From Clostridiales bacterium (GTDB lineage Bacteria; Bacillota; Clostridia; Oscillospirales; Oscillospiraceae), in the NCBI GenBank assembly GCA_012838345.1, contig DUPK01000063.1, forward strand, positions 8,738 to 72,737: a stretch of 64,000 nt of DNA, in the 5' to 3' direction. Position numbers and translations under genes: made by a program. Positions 58,704-64,000 of the stretch are shown here, one piece after another; the first letter of the stretch is position 1, and each line of letters starts with the position of its first letter. The notes under the pieces are model-generated. The model saw nothing but the letters and a program-made list of their open reading frames with translations. It searched no databases and was not told the DNA's origin.

Positions 58704-60530
58704 TTATGAAGCTAAATAATACTCAGTATAATAGCCCAGTTTATATTGGTGCTCGGAAACTCTGGGCTCAATGCCGATTTCCTTAAGATATGACATAGTC
58801 CTTTCCGAGCTGACGTTTGGAACAATGGTGAAGCTGATTTCATTTGCAAAGTTAAATACGATAAAGCAGTCATAATATGCGTTTTCAGAACCCGGGTCAT
58901 ACAAGATGGGGACTCTGCAGAGTTTGCCCTCGCGCAAATCAGCATGTATGAAATCGCGCAGGAACTCCCGTGCCTTTTCGCCCGTGAGGTACTCGGTAAT
59001 GTAGTCCATGTCACTGTTGCTGTTCCGGCCTACGTAGTTTATCTCTACTGTGGTAAGGAGAGCCGGGTCCCATTCAAGGAAGCGGCTCATGCGGTCGGCC
59101 ACCGCCGCGGGAGTATTAATCGTATCTTCCAGGAGCTCGAGCACTTCTCTGTCCACCCCGGGCACATCGTAAAGGTCATAGCGGCGTGAAATTTGCTTGA
59201 AGTCTCTGCGGTCATAGAGGATTGAGACGTGGAACGAGTCATAATAGGCGTCCCTGTTTTCTCTGGCGAAAGCTTCGTTTGCTTCCTTGTTTTCGACTAT
59301 GGCCTTATGCGCCTGCATAAGCTCGCTTATCACCTCGGGGTCGTTAAATGTCATGGGGGAGGAGAACCCTGAAATAGTGACATCGAATATCGAATCTAGT
59401 TTGGGGATATATCTCTCGACCTTAAAGACGTCAAATTCCATCGCCGTCACAAGCGCGCTTAGGACAAGGGCATATGCGATGAAGCCGGCTCCGGTTTTCT
59501 TAAACACCCGGAAGGATTTGTTGAGCAGCATTGAGGTGATGAAGTAGCCCAGGAATCCGCCCGCTGTCATGCATACGAGAATCGACCAGGCCGAGTTGTC
59601 AGGCGGGTTGTAGATTGATGAGGCGAATATGGCCAGATAGAAGATCATTCCGATTACAAGCGAACCGATGAAGGCGAAGAAGTACAGGAAGACCGGCCTT
59701 AAGGCGGGCACGGCTATGAACTCCGAGGCGCTTTCGCTGTGGCGCCTGCGGTAAAGCAGCAGAGCGATAATAGCATAGACTAAGCCTGCCACGGCGTATA
59801 ATATGAGCGCATACCAGCCTGTGTAGGCCGGCTCTGTTTGCAGGATGCCGACATAACGACCCGTAACATTGGTGTTTTTAAACAGCATAATAATTGGCGA
59901 TAGAATGTCAAAGGTTGTCGAGCCGCTGTCTGAAAGGCCGTAGCAGAACAGCGAAGTCCAAAAGCGGATTATAAGCTCGATTATGATTACGACAAAGTTT
60001 AATATGCCGTAAATCACCAAGTGCGCAAAGCCGTGGCCGGTCAGGAAGGCGCAAAAGACCGCAAAGCCATAGAAGAACAGTCCCTCAAGGCAGACCATAG
60101 CAAGCCACTGGAGCAGATATTTGATGGCAAGAGCGCCGTATATAAGCTCGACCACAGCCGACAGCGCGAAGATAAAGAGGTTCGATACGAAAAGCCAGCA
60201 AAGGCCGGAGAGGAAACAGGTCAGGAAAAGCCCCTCGCGGCGGATGGGCAATGTGTGAAAGGCGCCGACGCTTCTAGAGGTATAGAGGTACGAAAAGAGT
60301 GTCAGCGCAGACACGAAGCCGAAGATGGCGTTAGTTATGACGCCCATGTAAAGCGCGTTGCTCAATACGTACCCATTGACGATTTCCGGGTAGGAGCTCG
60401 ACAGCTGGCTTAGAAGCACCAGTGGCATGCCAATAAGCCAGGCGATGTTGTAGAGAACCCAGACGGGCCAGAAGCGCTTTATGTTCTTGAAGAACAGGGC
60501 CTTATTAAAGCAGGATTTCGCGGACTTCAT
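58704..60530 (-). CDS. ABC-2-type transporter permease-like membrane protein with a large C-terminal extracytoplasmic domain
   Basis: About 10 TM segments over the first 400 aa or so, then a soluble domain of about 200 aa. It overlaps the upstream ATPase gene by 26 nt, and GGGAGG precedes the ATG. Confidence 0.7.
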   Translation of the reverse strand: MKSAKSCFNKALFFKNIKRFWPVWVLYNIAWLIGMPLVLLSQLSSSYPEIVNGYVLSNALYMGVITNAIFGFVSALTLFSYLYTSRSVGAFHTLPIRREGLFLTCFLSGLCWLFVSNLFIFALSAVVELIYGALAIKYLLQWLAMVCLEGLFFYGFAVFCAFLTGHGFAHLVIYGILNFVVIIIELIIRFWTSLFCYGLSDSGSTTFDILSPIIMLFKNTNVTGRYVGILQTEPAYTGWYALILYAVAGLVYAIIALLLYRRRHSESASEFIAVPALRPVFLYFFAFIGSLVIGMIFYLAIFASSIYNPPDNSAWSILVCMTAGGFLGYFITSMLLNKSFRVFKKTGAGFIAYALVLSALVTAMEFDVFKVERYIPKLDSIFDVTISGFSSPMTFNDPEVISELMQAHKAIVENKEANEAFARENRDAYYDSFHVSILYDRRDFKQISRRYDLYDVPGVDREVLELLEDTINTPAAVADRMSRFLEWDPALLTTVEINYVGRNSNSDMDYITEYLTGEKAREFLRDFIHADLREGKLCRVPILYDPGSENAYYDCFIVFNFANEISFTIVPNVSSERTMSYLKEIGIEPRVSEHQYKLGYYTEYYLAS

Positions 60531-61398
60531 AGTCTACACCTCCCAGTTCGTAAATGAAAATCTCCTCAAGCGTGAGCGGCACAAGGTCGAAGAAAACAGG
60601 GTTAAGGGCTGCGACCTTCTCGCTTATATACTCGTTTGAGCCGCGCATGATGAGCGTCAGCACACGCCCGCTTGTCGACTGGTGGATTGCCCCGAAATCC
60701 TCAGGAAGTGTGTTGCCCTCGGGCAGGACGAGCTGGACCTTTGCTATGTTGTCCTGAAGCTCCGACAGAGAGCGCTGCAGTAGGAGCCTTCCGTTGTGCA
60801 TTATCCCGACGTGGTCGCAGACGTCCTCGAGCTCGCGCAGGTTGTGAGAGGAGACAAGAACGGTCGTGCCCCTGTCGGAAACATCGTTCATGATGATGCT
60901 CCATACCTGGCGGCGCATAACGGGGTCAAGCCCGTCTACCGGCTCGTCTAGGATTAGTATGTCGGGGCGCATGCACACGGCGAGCCTGAAAGCCGACTGC
61001 TTCTGCATGCCCTTCGAGAGCTGACGCATCGGGCGCTTGTCGTCGAATTCGAAGACTTTGCCGAGCTTTTCATAGAGCTTTGCGTCAAAGCGCGGGTATA
61101 TTCCTTTGTAAAAATGCATCATATCCCTTGTGGTGGCCTGGAGAAAGAAGAATATTTCATCCGGTATATAGGCCAGGCGCTGCTTTATCCCGGGGTTTTC
61201 ATAGACTGTTTGGCTGTCTATCAAAACCTCGCCCGAGTCCTGGCGGTATATCCCCGTAAGGTGGCGGATGACCGTCGATTTGCCCGCTCCGTTTGGCCCC
61301 ACAAGCCCGTAGACCGAACCCTTTTCCACGTTAAAGCTAAGGTTATCAAGGGCCGTAAAGCCGCCGAAGCGTTTTACGAGATTTTTTACCTCAATCAT
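60505..61398 (-). CDS. ABC transporter ATP-binding protein
   Basis: Walker A GPNGAGKST, signature LSKGMQ, Walker B ILILDEP, and an H-loop SSHNL. Confidence 0.93.
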   Translation of the reverse strand: MIEVKNLVKRFGGFTALDNLSFNVEKGSVYGLVGPNGAGKSTVIRHLTGIYRQDSGEVLIDSQTVYENPGIKQRLAYIPDEIFFFLQATTRDMMHFYKGIYPRFDAKLYEKLGKVFEFDDKRPMRQLSKGMQKQSAFRLAVCMRPDILILDEPVDGLDPVMRRQVWSIIMNDVSDRGTTVLVSSHNLRELEDVCDHVGIMHNGRLLLQRSLSELQDNIAKVQLVLPEGNTLPEDFGAIHQSTSGRVLTLIMRGSNEYISEKVAALNPVFFDLVPLTLEEIFIYELGGVDYEVREILL

Positions 61399-61505
61399 AT
61401 TGCGACATTCCTTTCGATGTACTTAAGGCAGAATAAAAGCATAAGGGGAAGCGGCTTTGCCGTTTAAGCCCCGCGCTTAAAGCAGGGCGTGAAACGCATT
61501 TTATT

Positions 61506-61907
61506 TCAATCGAAGTTGGTATCATGCTGCGCACGCCCTCCTTCCGAATCCTTAGCAAGCCTGTCTATGCGGCTTTTTAGCTCCCCGGCACCCATGCCCA
61601 GAAACATAAGCTCCACCGCCGCCTCCTCAAACTTCTTAAGCTGCCGCTCGCGGCGCCCCGCATCCACTTCCGATATGTCGGACACAAAGGAGCCCTTGCC
61701 CGCGGTCGTGTAAATATAGCCCTCTGCCTCGAGCTCCTTGTAGGCCCGCTGTATGGTGTTGGGGTTTATCGCGAGGGAGGAGGCAAGCTCACGAACCGAG
61801 GGCAGCCTTTCGTGGGGTGAAAAGGCGCCTGTCATCACGAGTTTTCTGATGCCGTCCTTTATCTGCTCATAAATCGGCCTTGAGTCTCTGTAGTTTAGGT
61901 TTATCAC
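61506..61907 (-). CDS. GntR family transcriptional regulator, YtrA subfamily
   Basis: The GTG at 61907 follows GGGTGG. PIYEQIKDGIRKLVMTGAFSPHERLPSVRELASSLAINPNTIQRAYKELEAEGYIYTTAGKGSFV is the winged helix-turn-helix. The short C-terminal part is typical of YtrA regulators that precede ABC transporters. Confidence 0.88.
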   Translation of the reverse strand: MINLNYRDSRPIYEQIKDGIRKLVMTGAFSPHERLPSVRELASSLAINPNTIQRAYKELEAEGYIYTTAGKGSFVSDISEVDAGRRERQLKKFEEAAVELMFLGMGAGELKSRIDRLAKDSEGGRAQHDTNFD

Positions 61908-61928
61908 GTCATCACCACCCTTGAAATC

Positions 61929-61949
61929 TGTATTAACAATGTTAATACA
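61929..61949. promoter_or_regulatory. Perfect 10-1-10 palindrome, candidate YtrA-type operator
   Basis: TGTATTAACA-a-TGTTAATACA lies 22 nt upstream of the proposed GntR start codon. Confidence 0.6.
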
Positions 61950-62082
61950 GATAATACACAGCGCGAAACCACTTGTCAAGTGATTTTTTGAAAATTTTGG
62001 TCAACAACGGAAAGTATTTCTATTAGGGTGCTCCGGACAGGCGGAATATATTTCTCTGTTTTTTAAATAGATTTCAGTTTAG

Positions 62083-62111
62083 TTGACAAAAGATTGATGC
62101 CTTGATATACT
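62083..62111 (+). promoter_or_regulatory. Near-consensus extended -10 promoter driving the cobalamin riboswitch
   Basis: TTGACA (62083-62088), a 17-nt spacer ending in TGa, then TATACT (62106-62111). Confidence 0.7.
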
Positions 62112-62134
62112 GGCACCGACAAAAGAATAAAGAT

Positions 62135-62290
62135 GCTTTCGGGTGGCCGCTGCCTTAATAAGGAAACAGGTGAAAAGCCTGTGCGAACCCGTCGCTGTAA
62201 GAGAAGAGTCCGTTTCACGTTTGGGTCACTGAGAAATCGGGAAGATCGAAGCGGGTGTTGACGCTCGAGCCAGAAGACTTGCCCGGAAGC
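62135..62290 (+). promoter_or_regulatory. Cobalamin (B12) riboswitch aptamer
   Basis: The P1 helix is gctttcggg / cccggaagc. The conserved core reads ttaataaggaaacaggtgaaaagcctgtgcgaacccgtcgctgtaagag, then gggtcactg...gggaag. The B12-box-like segment is gagccagaagacttgcc. All of this parallels the E. coli btuB leader and the Rfam RF00174 consensus as I remember them. Confidence 0.88.
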
Positions 62291-62365
62291 CGGTACGAAA
62301 AGCCACGGGGGATTGGCGAAAGTACATATATGGGGATAATATGGCTTTATCCTCTTGTGTGCGCT

Positions 62366-62397
62366 GTGGCTTTCGTTTTGAAAGCCGCTTTTATTTT
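62366..62397 (+). terminator. Intrinsic terminator (probable expression platform of the B12 riboswitch)
   Basis: gtggctttc-gtttt-gaaagccgc (9 bp, one G-U) followed by ttttatttt. Confidence 0.7.
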
Positions 62398-62479
62398 GCT
62401 TATTTCCGTGCCCTGTATGCGGTCGCGGCACCCCCGTTGATACTGATTGGAAACTCCTTATGTAGGTTATCTGCTCAAA

Positions 62480-62519
62480 GGTAAGAAGCCGGAGGCTTAA
62501 GCCCCCGGCTTTTTACCTT
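62480..62519. terminator. Bidirectional terminator hairpin between the riboswitch transcript and the convergent GNAT gene
   Basis: ggtaagaagccgg-a-ggc-ttaa-gcc-c-ccggctttttacc is a long imperfect hairpin. It has a T-run on the plus strand and cttaccttt on the minus strand. Confidence 0.65.
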
Positions 62520-62586
62520 GTCTGGAGAGGGGAAACGGTGCCTTGGAAATACGTACCGAGTCTGTAAAAGTGGACAAGGGACGGTA

Positions 62587-63096
62587 TTAAATATCTTTCT
62601 CATAGCAGCAGAAAGGATATTCCATGTGGGGATAACGAAGCTGTCCCGCTCTTTTGTATCCAAAATTCTCGTACAGCTTTAGTGCCGTTTCATTTCCGCC
62701 GTAGGCCACTAATCTAATACTGGAATAGTCGTTTTTTAAGGCGAAATCCTCAATGAAGCCTAACATCTTTTTTGCAATGCCCCTGCCCTGGTATTCGGGC
62801 AGAACGGCCAACCTGTGGATGAACAATACCTTTCTCCCGTCGGAAGACCATTTTAACTGACTGTGTTCAGGGGGCTCTTCTTCAATTTCTTCATTTATTG
62901 CAGCGTATGCTATGCATCTGCCCTTGTCCTTTATAACGTAACTGTGCCCGCTCTCAATATCTTCTTCAATAATATTGGCGTCCGGATAGGCTTCATCCCA
63001 CTGATATATCCTCTGGCTCTCCATATGTTTTGTGCACCTGGAGATTATATCCAATACATCCGGCACGTCCCCTTTTTGCCCCTTGACAATATCCAT
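62587..63096 (-). CDS. GNAT family N-acetyltransferase
   Basis: Acetyl-CoA binding motif L.VLPEYQGRGIAKKML. The ATG at 63096 (MDIVKGQKGDVPDVLDII...) has an AAGGGG upstream, whereas the track ATG at 63141 has no RBS. The gene is visibly AT-richer than the flanking DNA. Confidence 0.85.
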   Translation of the reverse strand: MDIVKGQKGDVPDVLDIISRCTKHMESQRIYQWDEAYPDANIIEEDIESGHSYVIKDKGRCIAYAAINEEIEEEPPEHSQLKWSSDGRKVLFIHRLAVLPEYQGRGIAKKMLGFIEDFALKNDYSSIRLVAYGGNETALKLYENFGYKRAGQLRYPHMEYPFCCYEKDI

Positions 63097-63210
63097 CCCT
63101 TTTTTCCCCTTAATAAGTCTGTTTTCATTTTTCCGTTTCATATTAACAAAAATTTGACCGATTTGAAATATAAAGATTTCTGAATTGTCAGGTCAAATCC
63201 CGAAAAAGAA

Positions 63211-63244
63211 AATGCCCTTAACAGCCGCAGCCGTTAAGGGCATT
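63211..63244 (-). terminator. Rho-independent terminator after the rubrerythrin gene
   Basis: aatgcccttaac-(10 nt)-gttaagggcatt (12 bp, perfect). On the minus strand it is followed by tttctttttcg. Confidence 0.8.
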
Positions 63245-63258
63245 GAATATTTATCAGA

Positions 63259-63810
63259 TTACTTTCCGAAATATCTCTTTAGCAGTCCCGCAAAGCCCGC
63301 GCCGTGTCTGGCTTCGTCCTTTGCCATCTCGTGTACTGTGTCATGGATGGCGTCATAGCCAAGCTCCTTGGCGCGCTTGGCAAGCTCGCACTTGCCCGTG
63401 CAGGCGCCGGACTCCGCACCGGCGCGCATTTCAAGGTTCTTCTTGGTGCTGTCCGTCACTACCTCGCCCAGAAGCTCAGCAAACTTCGCGGCGTGCTCGG
63501 CTTCCTCGAAGGCGTAGCGCTTGAAGGCTTCGGCAATCTCGGGATAGCCTTCGCGGTCGGCCACGCGGCTCATCGCTAGATACATGCCCACCTCGGCGCA
63601 TTCGCCGTTGAAGTTGTCAAGAAGACCCTGGTATACGTCCGGCTCCACCTTGTCCTTGGCTCCGATGCCGACTACGTGCTCGGCCGCATAGCCGGATTCC
63701 TGAGCCTGCTCTCTGAACTTGCTCGCAGGAGCCTTACAGACGGGGCAGGCCTCGGGGGGAGTGGAGCCCTCGTGAATATAACCGCATACTGTGCAAACCC
63801 ATTTTTTCAT
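63259..63810 (-). CDS. rbr: Reverse rubrerythrin (N-terminal rubredoxin-like CxxC/CxxC domain plus C-terminal diiron ferritin-like domain)
   Basis: [28 protein letters not shown] is followed by ExxH diiron motifs ([16 protein letters not shown]). Confidence 0.9.
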   Translation of the reverse strand: MKKWVCTVCGYIHEGSTPPEACPVCKAPASKFREQAQESGYAAEHVVGIGAKDKVEPDVYQGLLDNFNGECAEVGMYLAMSRVADREGYPEIAEAFKRYAFEEAEHAAKFAELLGEVVTDSTKKNLEMRAGAESGACTGKCELAKRAKELGYDAIHDTVHEMAKDEARHGAGFAGLLKRYFGK

Positions 63811-63870
63811 AATAAATTACCTCCATATATTGATATTTTATATTTTGATTATTTAAGGAGCGAAAAACGC

Positions 63871-64000
63871 TCATTGCTTGCAATCGTTGCATTTACCGTG
63901 AAACAGTATCTCACAGTATTCGACCTCCCCGCCGTCAAAACCAACCGTGCCCTGAGCGGGGCCGAAGTCCGGCAGCATATCCATATCCAAAACCTTGCCG
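63871..64000 (-). CDS. Fur family transcriptional regulator, PerR-like (3' end only; not in ORF track)
   Basis: My own minus-strand translation gives ...GKVLDMDMLPDFGPAQGTVGFDGGEVEYCEILFHGKCNDCKQ with a stop at 63871-63873. The C-terminal HG.C..C motif is typical of Fur/PerR, and adjacency to rubrerythrin is classic for PerR. Confidence 0.7.
   Translation of the reverse strand, partial: GKVLDMDMLPDFGPAQGTVGFDGGEVEYCEILFHGKCNDCKQ

Noticed and set aside
62063-62440. A 122-aa minus-strand ORF, and a 61-aa plus-strand ORF containing a 36-aa hydrophobic sub-ORF from the ATG at 62330, both overlapping the cobalamin riboswitch
   Set aside because: Both overlap the conserved riboswitch core and/or its terminator hairpin. 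Neither has a convincing Shine-Dalgarno sequence at proper spacing. I keep the small hydrophobic peptide only as a remote alternative in the riboswitch finding.

Overview
This 64 kb window is almost entirely core genome from a spore-forming, moderately GC-rich Firmicute. Clostridia is an inference from gene content (spoIIR, spoIID, spoVAC, abrB, reverse rubrerythrin plus PerR, YgiQ, DUF1934-argS); I could run no taxonomic search.

Gene content, in order:
- 1-5.7 kb: the 3' part of a GyrA/ParC-family gene, a YitT membrane protein, a transglutaminase-like lipoprotein, and a two-gene envelope operon on the minus strand.
- 5.9-22.4 kb: a complete S10-spc-alpha ribosomal protein supercluster, rpsJ to rplQ. 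It includes secY, adk, map, a KOW-domain gene, infA, rpmJ and rpoA. I also call rpmD and rpmJ, which are missing from the ORF track.
- 22.6-41.3 kb: spoVAC, gdhA, murI, DUF1934-argS, a homocysteine methyltransferase, abrB, ygiQ, an acyl-CoA ligase, DUF3810, DUF378, an Lrp-aminotransferase-ApgM-like-DUF1015-ispE string, and spoIIR.
- 41.5-54.6 kb: addB-addA, rpmE, hflX-yigZ, malic enzyme and spoIID.
- 54.8-64 kb: an OmpR/histidine kinase pair with htrA, a YtrA-type GntR-ABC operon, a GNAT gene, and rubrerythrin with a partial Fur/PerR gene.

I found no CRISPR array, transposase, integrase, prophage, tRNA/rRNA gene or recognisable defence island, and no convincing novel protein system.

The unexplained signals are RNA-level:
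1. A strong cobalamin riboswitch (about 62135-62290) has its own consensus promoter and intrinsic terminator but no downstream same-strand gene. It points at a convergent, AT-richer GNAT gene.
2. Four unusually long, GC-rich, hairpin-dense non-coding segments lie inside the ribosomal protein cluster: the S10 leader and the rpsJ-rplC, rpsN-rpsH and rpmJ-rpsM spacers. The last holds a 27-bp helix with G-U pairs that works only on the plus strand and closes a multi-hairpin junction.
3. A possible small structured RNA or 3' UTR lies at about 3480-3609.

All calls come from reading the sequence and the supplied ORF translations. No database search, covariance model or folding program was run.
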